Below are positions 36,786-46,769 of a DNA stretch of 64,000 nucleotides, one piece after another. The DNA comes from Anaerolineales bacterium (lineage in GTDB: Bacteria; Chloroflexota; Anaerolineae; Anaerolineales; UBA4823). The first letter of the stretch is position 1, and every line of letters starts with the position of its first letter. The notes beneath the pieces are model-generated. The model was not told the origin of the DNA, ran no database searches, and saw only the letters and a program-made list of their open reading frames with translations. The translations under genes were made by a program, and so were the position numbers. Where the stretch lies: the NCBI GenBank assembly GCA_034434515.1, contig DAOTZA010000043.1:1999-65998 (forward strand), written 5' to 3'.

Positions 36786-37703
36786 ATGAAACATTTTCTT
36801 GATGTCCTGGATTATTCTTCAGAAGATTTGCAAGCGATGTTAGATTTGGCAATAAAACTCAAAAAACAATGGAAAGCAGGTGGAAATCCACCCTTGCTCA
36901 GAGGGAAAGTCCTGGGAATGATCTTTCAAAAGCCTAGCCTGCGCACACGGGTTTCTTTTGATATGGCTATGCGACATTTAGGCGGGGATGCGTTGTATCT
37001 TTCACCAGCAGAAATCGGCCTAGGCAAACGAGAAGCCATCAGCGACGTAGCCCGAGTCTTATCCGGTTATGTAGACGCTATTATGGCGCGGGTGTTTGAA
37101 CACGAACACGTTCTCGAACTGGCTCGTTGGGCAAGTGTTCCGGTGATCAATGGCCTAAGCGACTACAATCATCCCTGCCAGGCAATGGCAGATGCCTTGA
37201 CGATTTACGAAAAATTTGGCAAGCTAAAAGGAATTCAAGTAACCTTCGTCGGTGATGGAAACAATGTGGCAGTCTCTTTGATGCACGTTTGCGTAAAACT
37301 CGGCGCGAACTTCACCATCGCTAATCCAGAAGGTTATGATATGCCCACGCAAGCTGTCGAACTTGCTAAAGAGGTCGCCCGCAAAACCGGCAGTCAACTA
37401 AATTTCTTGCGCGACCCTCATCAAGCTGTCAAAGGCGCCCAGGTAATCTATACCGATACCTGGACCAGCATGGGACAAGAAGAAGAAGCTCAAATTCGAG
37501 AGAAAGTATTCCCCCCATATCAGGTCAACCCACAATTGGTCTCTGAAGCCGACAAAGATGTCATCGTCATGCACTGTTTGCCTGCCCATCGTGGGCAAGA
37601 GATCACGGACGAAGTCGCCGATGGACCGCATTCTGCTCTCTTCCCTCAGGCTCACAATCGACTTCATGCTCAAAAAGCAATTCTGGTTAAGTTGCTAACT
37701 TAG
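36786..37703 (+). CDS. argF: Ornithine carbamoyltransferase
   Basis: Carbamoyl-phosphate motif [10 protein letters not shown], plus [17 protein letters not shown] and [10 protein letters not shown]. 305 aa. Confidence 0.8.
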   Translation: MKHFLDVLDYSSEDLQAMLDLAIKLKKQWKAGGNPPLLRGKVLGMIFQKPSLRTRVSFDMAMRHLGGDALYLSPAEIGLGKREAISDVARVLSGYVDAIMARVFEHEHVLELARWASVPVINGLSDYNHPCQAMADALTIYEKFGKLKGIQVTFVGDGNNVAVSLMHVCVKLGANFTIANPEGYDMPTQAVELAKEVARKTGSQLNFLRDPHQAVKGAQVIYTDTWTSMGQEEEAQIREKVFPPYQVNPQLVSEADKDVIVMHCLPAHRGQEITDEVADGPHSALFPQAHNRLHAQKAILVKLLT

Positions 37704-37721
37704 CAGAAAAGAGGTCATTCT

Positions 37722-38804
37722 ATGAATATTGGAGTTCCGAAAGAGCGACGTCCTTTTGAATTTCGCGTCGGTTTAACCCCGGCTGGCGTGCAAATGCTTG
37801 TCGAACAGGGCCACATCTGCTATGTCGAACACGAAGCCGGTTTGGCAGCCGGTTTTGTCGATCAGGAATATGAAAATGCCGGCGCCCGGATTGTCTATTC
37901 TCCCCATGAAGTCTTTGGCAGAGCAGACCTACTGCTCAAGGTTGCCCGCCCCACTCTTGAGGAGATTAACTGGCTACGCCCGGGATCAACGGTTACCGGC
38001 CTGCTTCACCTCACCTCAGCCAGACAGGAAAAGATCGAAGCCCTACTTAAATCTCAAATCACTGCAATCGCTTTTGAACAAGTTTCGCTTCCAGATGGCA
38101 CCATGCCAATTCGTCGTCCTCTTGCTACTATAGGCGGTGTGATGGTGTCTCAAATAGCAGCGCGTCTTTTGCAAACCGATGCTGGGGGCAAAGGGATGCT
38201 CTTAGGCGGTGTGGTGGGGGTTCCTCCCGCTGAGGTGGTTATTGTCGGCGCAGGTGTTACCGGCACAGCAGCGACAAAAGGTTTTGTTGGGATGGGCGCT
38301 CATGTTACCGTATTAGATACCAATATTGCTGCTCTCGAAAGGTTATATGATCGCTTCCCAAGTATTTTGACCCTGATCAGCAACCCAATTAATCTCAGAC
38401 GTGTCGTTTCGTACGCCGATGTTCTTGTCGGAGCGGTTTTGGTTCCTCATCAGCGCTCTCCCATCGTCATTACTCGCGAGATGGTTAAGCTTATGAAACC
38501 GCGCTCGATCATTATTGACATGAGCATAGATGAAGGCGGTTGTGTCGAGACATCCAGACCGACTACTCACGACCGCCCAACTTATATTGAAGAAGGGGTT
38601 GTGCATTATTGCGTCCCAAATGTGCCAAGTGTAATTGCTCGTACAGCCACCTATGCTTATGTCAACGCTGCTTTTCCCTATATCCAGGAATTAGCTAATA
38701 AAGGGGTTGAACGAGCTATTCAAGAAGATGGCGCTTTGGGAATCGCTGTAGCAACGCACCGCGGTCAAACTATTCATCTCAGCAGACTCACTCCGGCTGT
38801 ATAG
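37722..38804 (+). CDS. ald: Alanine dehydrogenase family protein
   Basis: MNIGVPKERRPFEFRVGLTPAGV..., NAD-binding VVIVGAGVTGTAA, and YCVPNVPS. Confidence 0.75.
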   Translation: MNIGVPKERRPFEFRVGLTPAGVQMLVEQGHICYVEHEAGLAAGFVDQEYENAGARIVYSPHEVFGRADLLLKVARPTLEEINWLRPGSTVTGLLHLTSARQEKIEALLKSQITAIAFEQVSLPDGTMPIRRPLATIGGVMVSQIAARLLQTDAGGKGMLLGGVVGVPPAEVVIVGAGVTGTAATKGFVGMGAHVTVLDTNIAALERLYDRFPSILTLISNPINLRRVVSYADVLVGAVLVPHQRSPIVITREMVKLMKPRSIIIDMSIDEGGCVETSRPTTHDRPTYIEEGVVHYCVPNVPSVIARTATYAYVNAAFPYIQELANKGVERAIQEDGALGIAVATHRGQTIHLSRLTPAV

Positions 38805-38814
38805 GAAGGCGTAC

Positions 38815-40110
38815 ATGGACTGGATTCAACAATATCAATCTAGAATTGTTACAGCCGAGGAAGCAGTAAGAAATATCAAATCTCATCAACGGCTTTTCCT
38901 GACCGGGAACTGTTCGGTACCTCAAAAACTCCTTGCTGCTCTCGTCGAATTTGCCCCAAATCTCGAGAATGTAGAGATATGCCACGCCCTTACCGTCGGA
39001 CCGGCCGACTACGTCAAACCAGAGATGCAGGGTCATCTTCGTGTTAACACCATGTTTATCAGCAGCAACATCCGTAAAGCTGTTCACGAAGGACGCGTTG
39101 ACTTTACCCCCGTCTTGTTATCCGAATTTCCACTCCTATTCAAGCGCAAAATCTTACCAGTAGATGTGGCCTTAATTCACGTCTCCCCACCGGATGAACA
39201 TGGCTTTTGCAGCTTCGGCATTGAGGTTGGACTGACAAAAAGCGTTGCTGAATCGGCAGCCATGATTATCGCCGAAGTCAACCAACAGATGCCGCGTACC
39301 CTTGGAGACTCCTTTATTCACGTTAGTCGCTTGAATTACATGGTGCCAACCGATTACGAACTCCCTGAACTCCCCATGGCGGATGAAGAAAATGCAGAAA
39401 TCTACGAAAAAATTGCCTCCTATGTCGCCGAGCTCATTCCGGATGGAGCAACCATGCAAATGGGAATCGGGGCTATCCCAGACGCTGTCTTAAAACATCT
39501 ATTTACCAAAAAAGATTTGGGGGTTCACACCGAAATGTTTTCTGATGGCGTTATCGACCTCGTCGAAGCCGGAGTTTTAACCAACAGTCGCAAAACATTG
39601 CACCCCGGAAAAATCATTGCTGGCTTCATACTCGGGACAAAACGCCTATACAAATGGGTAGACGACAACCCATTAATTGAACTTCACCCAACTGAATATG
39701 TCAATGATCCGTTTATCATCGCTCAAAATGAGCGTATGGTTGCAATCAACTCGGCTATCGAGGTAGATCTCACCGGGCAAGTCTGTGCAGATAGCATTGG
39801 ACATCGGCTCTTCAGTGGCGTCGGTGGACAATTGGATTTCATCTATGGTTCCTCACGCTCGAAAGGCGGTGTGCCCATAATCGCCCTGCCCAGCACAGCA
39901 AAAGACTTTAGCCGTATTGTTGCCACGCTTAAGCCCGGTGCAGGTGTTGTCACCACTCGCAACCACGTTCATTACATCATTACTGAACACGGAATTGCTG
40001 ACCTATACGGGAAAACCATTCGCCAGCGAGCTCAAGCGTTAATCAACATCGCCCATCCCAAGTTCCGCGAAGAATTAACCCGTCAAGCCAAAGAAATGAA
40101 TTATATTTAG
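38815..40110 (+). CDS. Acetyl-CoA hydrolase/transferase family protein (4-hydroxybutyrate CoA-transferase-like)
   Basis: GATMQMGIGAIPDAV, catalytic-Glu context HTEMFSDG, INSAIEVDLTGQV, SGVGGQLDF. 431 aa. Confidence 0.75.
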   Translation: MDWIQQYQSRIVTAEEAVRNIKSHQRLFLTGNCSVPQKLLAALVEFAPNLENVEICHALTVGPADYVKPEMQGHLRVNTMFISSNIRKAVHEGRVDFTPVLLSEFPLLFKRKILPVDVALIHVSPPDEHGFCSFGIEVGLTKSVAESAAMIIAEVNQQMPRTLGDSFIHVSRLNYMVPTDYELPELPMADEENAEIYEKIASYVAELIPDGATMQMGIGAIPDAVLKHLFTKKDLGVHTEMFSDGVIDLVEAGVLTNSRKTLHPGKIIAGFILGTKRLYKWVDDNPLIELHPTEYVNDPFIIAQNERMVAINSAIEVDLTGQVCADSIGHRLFSGVGGQLDFIYGSSRSKGGVPIIALPSTAKDFSRIVATLKPGAGVVTTRNHVHYIITEHGIADLYGKTIRQRAQALINIAHPKFREELTRQAKEMNYI

Positions 40111-40112
40111 GG

Positions 40113-41546
40113 ATGATTTGCAAAACCAAGATTGTCGCCACAATTGGTCCAGCCAGCTCGGATTTTGCAACCCTTAGCGAACTCATCCGGGCTGGTGTTC
40201 GCATCTTCCGCATTAACTGTTCCCATGGCAGCAAGGCGGAGCGAATTCAGCTCATTCGATTATGCAGACAGGCTTCTAAAAGTTTGGATATCCCCATTGC
40301 GATCATGATCGATTTACAAGGGCCGAAAATTCGTATCGGAGAATTAGAAAAACCGTCCATCACCCTGCAAATCGGACAAACCGTAAAAGTTACCAATCAA
40401 CCGATCCGCGGCGATGAAAAATCCTTTTCCATTGAATTCCCTGGACTGATGAATAATATCCAGATTGGTAATCGCATCTTGTTAGATGATGGGAAAATTG
40501 AACTGAAAGTCATTCGGAAACAGACATATGCCCTTGAAGCGGAAGTAATCGTTGGCGGCGAATTGCTTCCCCGCAAAGGCGCTAACTTTCCCGATTCTGA
40601 ATTGTCTCTCTCTGGGATTACCGAAAAAGACCTCGATGATCTTCGTATGGGCATGGATAATTCCATTGATGCCATTGCCCTATCGTTTGTCCAGAGTGAA
40701 AAGGATATTCTCGACTTAAAACAACATATTGAAAATAGATATCCAAAGAGTAAAAATGTTCCCCTCATTGCCAAAATCGAACGTCCGCAAGCCCTAGCGC
40801 ACTTATCAGCGATTCTGGAACATGCTGACGGGGTTATGGTGGCGAGAGGGGATTTAGCCATTGAAATCTCTCCTGCATGTGTTCCAACAGCTCAAAAAGA
40901 AATTATCACTACAGCCAATCGAATGGGGAAGTATGTCATCACCGCAACTCAAATGCTAGAGTCGATGATTGAAAACGCAATCCCCACCCGAGCAGAAGCC
41001 AATGATGTAGCCAACGCAGTATTCGATGGAAGTGATGCCGTGATGCTTTCTGCTGAAACCTCGATCGGAAAACATCCCATTCTTGCCGTCAAAACGATGG
41101 TCTCGATCATCGAAGAGGCAGAAAAAAACCTTGCTCATTGGTCGGTCTGGGATGGAAAACTCACCCCCAAATCGGCTGATGAGGACAGTTATTTTGTCAT
41201 CGAAGCTGCACGTGATCTCAGCAAAGATCGAAATGTAAACGCCATCTGCGTATTCACCCAAAGCGGTCGGACAGCTATTCTTCTATCCAAAACGCGCCCT
41301 GATGTACCCATCTATGCCTTTACCCCAAACCCGGATACCTACACTCAACTCAGCCTTTATTGGGGAGTTCAAAGTTTCCTGACCCCGCGAGCCAACAATC
41401 TGGATGAAATATTATCCATCATCGAAAATTCAGTTTCCCAACCAGATCACCTCAAGTCAGGCGACCAGGTCGTATTGATCTGCGGCTATCCTGTTCAGAA
41501 ATTCAGGTCTGCTAACCTGGTCATGCTCCACACTTTCCCTTATTGA
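40113..41546 (+). CDS. pyk: Pyruvate kinase
   Basis: KTKIVATIGPAS, FRINCSHG, IMIDLQGPKIR, MVARGDLAIE, MLSAETSIGKHP. Confidence 0.9.
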   Translation: MICKTKIVATIGPASSDFATLSELIRAGVRIFRINCSHGSKAERIQLIRLCRQASKSLDIPIAIMIDLQGPKIRIGELEKPSITLQIGQTVKVTNQPIRGDEKSFSIEFPGLMNNIQIGNRILLDDGKIELKVIRKQTYALEAEVIVGGELLPRKGANFPDSELSLSGITEKDLDDLRMGMDNSIDAIALSFVQSEKDILDLKQHIENRYPKSKNVPLIAKIERPQALAHLSAILEHADGVMVARGDLAIEISPACVPTAQKEIITTANRMGKYVITATQMLESMIENAIPTRAEANDVANAVFDGSDAVMLSAETSIGKHPILAVKTMVSIIEEAEKNLAHWSVWDGKLTPKSADEDSYFVIEAARDLSKDRNVNAICVFTQSGRTAILLSKTRPDVPIYAFTPNPDTYTQLSLYWGVQSFLTPRANNLDEILSIIENSVSQPDHLKSGDQVVLICGYPVQKFRSANLVMLHTFPY

Positions 41547-41572
41547 ATCCAAAATGAAGATCTATTCATCCA

Positions 41573-43915
41573 ATGGCGGCTCTCTCTCCTCAAATCCCCT
41601 TTTTTAGCGGAATTCCCCTGCCTTCAACCTATCCCCTCGCTCGCTTCCTGCCCCCCTTCTATCGTTATACAGCGTCTTCATACTTGAAAGAATTCTTATT
41701 GCCAAACCTCGCTGATAAAGGATATGTCCTTGACCCATTTGGTATCTCTCCCTTTCTGCCAATCGAACTAGCTAACGCTGGAGTTGCGGTAATCGTCTGT
41801 TGCAACAATCCAATTCTGCGAAACATCATACTTTTACTTTCACTCACTCCGGACTCGTATGAATTTCAAGCGATTTTAGCTGAGATTTCAACCCTGAGAA
41901 AAATCGACACCCGCCTTGAGACTTTCTTCCGCTCTTTATACTCTTCAATTTGTAACACCTGTCTATCCGAAATCGAAGTTAATGCCTACCTTTGGGAAAG
42001 AGACAGCTCAAGCGGTTTGCACCGCCTGACCTCAAAGCAAGTTCAATGCCCAAGCTGCGGTAGCGAGGGTTTCTTTTCCGTCACTGTTCAAGACTTTCAA
42101 AATCTCCAAAGATTACCTCCTCGTTCTCTCATCGAAACACAGGCAGCCAGCAAAGTCGTTGACAAAAATGATCCGGCATATGCTACGGTTATCGAATCTC
42201 TAAACGTTTATCCAACACGTGCTCTCTACGCCCTGATTACTTTGCTCAACAAATTGGATGAATTGGGCTTTACTCACCGCCAACTACAAATCTTGTACGG
42301 AACATTGATTGGCGTTTTTGATCTCAGCAATGGGTTATGGGCAATTTCGTCAAAACGTCATCGTCCCAAACAACTTTCCTTACCCACCCAATTCGTAGAA
42401 ATGAATTTCTGGAAATCCTTGGAAAAGTCAGCCGAACTGTGGGCAATATCGATTCAGGAGGCTGACATTCACCCTGTCATCCTAACCGAGTTACCAGTAC
42501 TTCCCCGCCAAGGCCAAATTGCGGTATTCCCTGGCCGTTTAAAAGAGTTGCTTCACAGCTTACCGGCCAAAGAGATCGTGGCTATTGTAACCGCCCTCCC
42601 CCGACCAAATCAAGCTTTCTGGACTCTCTCTGCAATTTGGAGTGGATGGTTGGAAGGCAAAGAAAAAGTAAAACCTTTGAAATCTGCTTTGCTTCGTAAG
42701 CGATATGATTGGGGATGGCATTGCCGAGCTTTAGCAGCTACCTTTCAAGAACTTTCCGAACACCTTCCCCAAAACATCTCTTGTTTTGCCCTGATCGAGG
42801 AATACGAAGCGAACTTACTGTCGGCAGCGCTATTCGCTGGGGATCATGCTGGCCTGCGATTAGAAAATCTGGCTTTAAGGAGCGAGCAAGGACGCGCTCA
42901 GATTTACTGGCGCATCTCTCCCCCGCCTTCTCAAAATCCGCTCTTATCTACCGAAGACCAGGTTCAACTTCTCTCCAAAGTCAAAGCTCATATAGCTGAA
43001 ACCATTCAAAACCACATCCAAAACCTGCTTGAACCCGCCCACTTCTCCCAAATCCACGCTGCAGCTTTGGCAAGTGTTGTCCATTCTATCCATCCCACCA
43101 ACCACAAAATCTTTCCTGCCAATTCGATCCTTGAAATTGCGCCTCTCAAAAGCATTGTGGATTATCCAAACTTTTTCCTAACCCTTTTCCAAGAAACCCT
43201 TGGAGCATTCCCCTCGCTGGTTTCCCTTGATGAAAACGAAAAAAGTCTGGAAAATCGTTCCTGGTGGATCGCTCAACCCCGTTTTGATCACCCGCCCATC
43301 TCAGACCAGATCGAAGAAAGTGTTTACCAGTATTTACTCAAACATCAATCAGGCACTTTTTTCCAGATCGATCAAGCTATTTGCATTTCATCCAGATCGC
43401 TCAGTGCACCATCCTTGATGCTCATCCGAGAGTGCCTTGATTCATACGGAAATTATGATGAAGCTACGCGATCTTGGAGCTTACGGAAGGAAGAAGAACC
43501 AACGAAACGCGCCGATGAGTTATCTGAAATCCAGAAGCACATTCTGGTATTCGGAAAAATGCTCGGTTTTACCATCCAGGACGAATCACCCCTGACTTGG
43601 CTCGACCAGACCGGTCGTCCTGTAGCATTCTGGTCGCTTCAGCATTCCGCTGCCATACACGCCTTGCTCAAGGTTTCTCAAACATCAGCGCTGCAAATCT
43701 ATCTCGTACTTCCCGGCAGTCGAGTGAACTTGCTCCTTCACAAGATACAACGCTATCCCTTCCTGATGGACAGAATTGCCAAGCAAATCCATATTATCCG
43801 TTTTCGACAAATTCGTTGGCTGGCTTCTCAGCCTAGAATTAATCTGCCCCTTTTTGAAGAGTGGTTAACCACCGACCCAATCAAGTACCACAGTTCACAA
43901 TTATCCCTCTGGTAG
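41573..43915 (+). CDS. Hypothetical 780-aa protein with an N-terminal degenerate methyltransferase-like motif and a Zn-ribbon
   Basis: YVLDPFGISPF resembles MTase motif I (LDPFxGSG) but lacks the second Gly pair. It has CPSCGSEG, and no DPPY/NPPY-type motif (the closest is ALPRPNQAF). Confidence 0.4.
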   Translation: MAALSPQIPFFSGIPLPSTYPLARFLPPFYRYTASSYLKEFLLPNLADKGYVLDPFGISPFLPIELANAGVAVIVCCNNPILRNIILLLSLTPDSYEFQAILAEISTLRKIDTRLETFFRSLYSSICNTCLSEIEVNAYLWERDSSSGLHRLTSKQVQCPSCGSEGFFSVTVQDFQNLQRLPPRSLIETQAASKVVDKNDPAYATVIESLNVYPTRALYALITLLNKLDELGFTHRQLQILYGTLIGVFDLSNGLWAISSKRHRPKQLSLPTQFVEMNFWKSLEKSAELWAISIQEADIHPVILTELPVLPRQGQIAVFPGRLKELLHSLPAKEIVAIVTALPRPNQAFWTLSAIWSGWLEGKEKVKPLKSALLRKRYDWGWHCRALAATFQELSEHLPQNISCFALIEEYEANLLSAALFAGDHAGLRLENLALRSEQGRAQIYWRISPPPSQNPLLSTEDQVQLLSKVKAHIAETIQNHIQNLLEPAHFSQIHAAALASVVHSIHPTNHKIFPANSILEIAPLKSIVDYPNFFLTLFQETLGAFPSLVSLDENEKSLENRSWWIAQPRFDHPPISDQIEESVYQYLLKHQSGTFFQIDQAICISSRSLSAPSLMLIRECLDSYGNYDEATRSWSLRKEEEPTKRADELSEIQKHILVFGKMLGFTIQDESPLTWLDQTGRPVAFWSLQHSAAIHALLKVSQTSALQIYLVLPGSRVNLLLHKIQRYPFLMDRIAKQIHIIRFRQIRWLASQPRINLPLFEEWLTTDPIKYHSSQLSLW

Positions 43916-43920
43916 GTTAA

Positions 43921-44106
43921 TAACCCCAAAACAACAACCCCACCGTGCCGTGTGCTGCGAAGTTTTGAACCTGCCTTCGCAGGTGGGTTCCTCCCCAAAT
44001 GATCCGCCTTGGCTTCCGCCTATCGCGTCACATTTGTGAGCTTGGAACCCTTTTTGTGGGTGTTGGCCCAAAACCCGAGCACAGCATCACGAACACAGTA
44101 GGGTTA
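43921..44106. ncRNA. Candidate structured RNA (rod-like, ~186 nt; 6S-like or 3'-UTR-derived sRNA) in a convergent intergenic region
   Basis: Nested long-range pairings: TAACCC(43921-26)/GGGTTA(44101-06); GTG(43945-47)/CAC(44088-90); TGTGCT(43951-56)/AGCACA(44078-83); GTTTTG(43962-67)/CAAAAC(44069-74); GGGTTCC(43985-91)/GGAACCC(44044-50). Local hairpin ACCTGC-CTTC-GCAGGT (43969-84). A possible minus-strand extended -10 TGGTATAAG sits at 44112-44120. Confidence 0.3.
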
Positions 44107-44151
44107 ACATTCTTATACCATAAAATCTAAATCATGAGTAGAGTTTTTAGA

Positions 44152-45939
44152 TTAAGACTTTTGCAAGTTTGGAGGATAAACGACTCGAATATGCAGCTCC
44201 TCCAATTGTTTCTCCTCAACGGGCGATGGCGCATCTGCCATAACATCTCTTGCTGCTTGATTTTTTGGAAAGGCAATCACTTCTCGAATATTGGGTTCGC
44301 CGGCCAAAATCATACAGATGCGATCGATACCCGGTGCAATTCCACCATGCGGTGGCGTGCCATATTCAAAGGCTTCTAACATATGACCAAATCGTGCCCG
44401 GGCAACTTCTAAATCCAGTCCAATTAACTTGAATACTTTTTCCTGTAGAGCTCGATCATGGATTCGGATAGAACCGCCACCGACTTCATAATTGTTCAAC
44501 ACCAGGTCGTATTGTTGACCCCGCGCCTTACTAGGATCAATATCTAAAAGAGGGATATCTTCGGGCATTGGGGCTGTAAAAAGATGGTGACTCGGATCCC
44601 ATCTCTTTTCCTCTTCGTTCCAAACAACGTAAGGAAAATCGATCACCCAACAAAAAGCCAAAACATTATCATCAATGAGATTCAATTTTTCGGCCAAATA
44701 GACTCTCAACCGCCCAAGCGCCTCAAAGACAATTTCATCTTTATCGGCAACAAAGACCAGCAAGTCCCCTTCTTCGACTTGCATGCGCTCGAATAACTTT
44801 TTTTGTAATTCATGCGAGAGAAATTTGGCAAAAGTCGAACGAATTTCACCCTCCCGCGGCAAAGCGATATAAGCTAATCCCTTTGCCCCAAATTGTTTTA
44901 CATACTCCGTCAGCTCATCAATTTGCTTTCGACTGTAATCTCCACAGCCCTTTATATTAATCCCCCGCACACTTCCCCCGCCGCGGATGGCTTGTTCAAA
45001 TACTGCAAAGCCACATTCGGTTACAAGATCACTGACATTAATCAACTCCAATCCATACCGCAAGTCTGGATTGTCCTTTCCAAAGCGTTCCATAGCCTCC
45101 CGATAAGACAATCTAGGGAAAGGAGAAGCCAGTAGTCTCTTTTCCGGGACAACCGTTGCCACGAGTTTGGTGAATAAATCCTCCGTTAATTGCATAATAT
45201 CTTCGCGCTCAACAAAAGACATCTCCAAATCTAATTGGGTAAATTCGGGTTGCCGATCGCCACGTTGATCCTCATCGCGAAAACAGCGTGCAATTTGAAA
45301 ATAACGTTCTACCCCTGCGACCATCAGCAACTGTTTGAGCTGCTGGGGAGATTGTGGCAAAGCATAAAACTCTCCAGGATGCACCCTGGAAGGTACCAGA
45401 TAGTCTCGCGCTCCTTCTGGGGTAGTCTTAAACAAGATCGGGGTTTCAATCTCCCAAAAGCCACGCTCATCCAGATAATCGCGAATAAACTTAACCACTC
45501 GGTGGCGTAATTCTAAATTTCGACGCATCTTTTCTCGTCGTAAATCCAGATAGCGATATTTCAGACGCGTATTTTCATCAGCCTCTTCATTTTTATTGAT
45601 CAAAAACGGTGGTGTTTTGGCCGGGTTTAAGATTTGCACGGTCTGAGCATCTACCTCAATCTCACCGGTCGGTAAGAAGGGGTTTTCAGAGCCAGCCGGT
45701 CGGCGTCGCACAAGCCCCTCGACCTGAATAACCCATTCCATTCTCAACACATCGGCAGCGCGATGTGCTTCTGGAGCCGCATTAGAGTCAAATACAACCT
45801 GCGTAATCCCAAATCGATCGCGCAAATCGATGAAAGTTACTCCCCCATGATCACGACGACGATGTACCCATCCCGCCAGCTTGACCGTTTTCCCCACATC
45901 ACTTGTTCTTAATTCACCACATGTATGAGTTTTATACAT
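44152..45939 (-). CDS. aspS: Aspartyl-tRNA synthetase (bacterial type)
   Basis: [11 protein letters not shown]..., the OB anticodon-binding N-terminus, and class II motifs ([34 protein letters not shown]). Confidence 0.9.
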   Translation of the reverse strand: MYKTHTCGELRTSDVGKTVKLAGWVHRRRDHGGVTFIDLRDRFGITQVVFDSNAAPEAHRAADVLRMEWVIQVEGLVRRRPAGSENPFLPTGEIEVDAQTVQILNPAKTPPFLINKNEEADENTRLKYRYLDLRREKMRRNLELRHRVVKFIRDYLDERGFWEIETPILFKTTPEGARDYLVPSRVHPGEFYALPQSPQQLKQLLMVAGVERYFQIARCFRDEDQRGDRQPEFTQLDLEMSFVEREDIMQLTEDLFTKLVATVVPEKRLLASPFPRLSYREAMERFGKDNPDLRYGLELINVSDLVTECGFAVFEQAIRGGGSVRGINIKGCGDYSRKQIDELTEYVKQFGAKGLAYIALPREGEIRSTFAKFLSHELQKKLFERMQVEEGDLLVFVADKDEIVFEALGRLRVYLAEKLNLIDDNVLAFCWVIDFPYVVWNEEEKRWDPSHHLFTAPMPEDIPLLDIDPSKARGQQYDLVLNNYEVGGGSIRIHDRALQEKVFKLIGLDLEVARARFGHMLEAFEYGTPPHGGIAPGIDRICMILAGEPNIREVIAFPKNQAARDVMADAPSPVEEKQLEELHIRVVYPPNLQKS

Positions 45940-45951
45940 AAATCACTCCCA

Positions 45952-46560
45952 TTAATGATTAGGTTCTTCTTCTGAATGTTCTTCTAAAAAGGTGACTTCG
46001 CCTCGATGACTTCTTTGGGTTAACTCGAAAAGGACAATTAGAGCCCGACAGCATTCTTTTCCAGCATTTCGCCAACGATGTTGTTGGTTGCCGAGAAACA
46101 TCAAGGTATCTCCAGGCTCCAAAAGGTAACGAGCCCCTTCAATTTCATATTCAATCTGCCCTTCCAAGCAATACACAAACTCATTTCCCGAATGGCAAAT
46201 CTTGAAACGCCCGCTCCCCCCTCCCGCCTCCAAAGTTAGCAAAAATGGCTGAATGCCTCCCGAAAATTGAGTACATCCCAACCCTTCCCAAATTCCTCTC
46301 AAAAACGGCATTTGCACATTTTGCTCTTTTTTACAAAAGACAACCTTTTCTTGAGAAACATTTTCCTGAAAAAACTGCCCCATTGGCACATTAAAGACCT
46401 CGGCTATTTTATACAGCGTGCCAATAGAAGGCGAGGTTAAATTTCGTTCAATGCGTCTTAAGGCATTCATCGAGATGCCGCTGCTTTTTGAAACCGCATA
46501 AAGAGACAATTTCCTATCCAGGCGCAATTCTTTAATTCGCTTACCCAAATTTAAAGCCAT
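45952..46560 (-). CDS. XRE-family HTH transcriptional regulator with a C-terminal cupin domain
   Basis: HTH LGKRIKELRLDRKLSLYAVSKSSGISMNALRRIERN. Cupin block HSGNEFVYCLEGQIEYEIEG...GDTLMF. The start at 46560 was chosen by family N-terminus. Confidence 0.75.
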   Translation of the reverse strand: MALNLGKRIKELRLDRKLSLYAVSKSSGISMNALRRIERNLTSPSIGTLYKIAEVFNVPMGQFFQENVSQEKVVFCKKEQNVQMPFLRGIWEGLGCTQFSGGIQPFLLTLEAGGGSGRFKICHSGNEFVYCLEGQIEYEIEGARYLLEPGDTLMFLGNQQHRWRNAGKECCRALIVLFELTQRSHRGEVTFLEEHSEEEPNH

Positions 46561-46769
46561 TTCAGTTAATTCCTGGCATATGTTATATCGAAACCCAGCC
46601 CAGTTCGATGGCAAAACTAAACGGTTATTATAACTCGAAATGGGAGGCATTATGACGTTTGTAATTGGGATTACAGAAGGATTATCCTTGTGAAATCTGT
46701 AACATTTACTATACTAATTGTATCAATAAATCCAAAGAGATGATCTTAAATAACAAAGGGACTTGGACG

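Noticed and set aside
43916-44151. A T-box or other leader regulating aspS.
   Set aside because: The region is downstream of aspS (a convergent 3' end), not upstream of it, so it cannot be a 5' leader for that gene.
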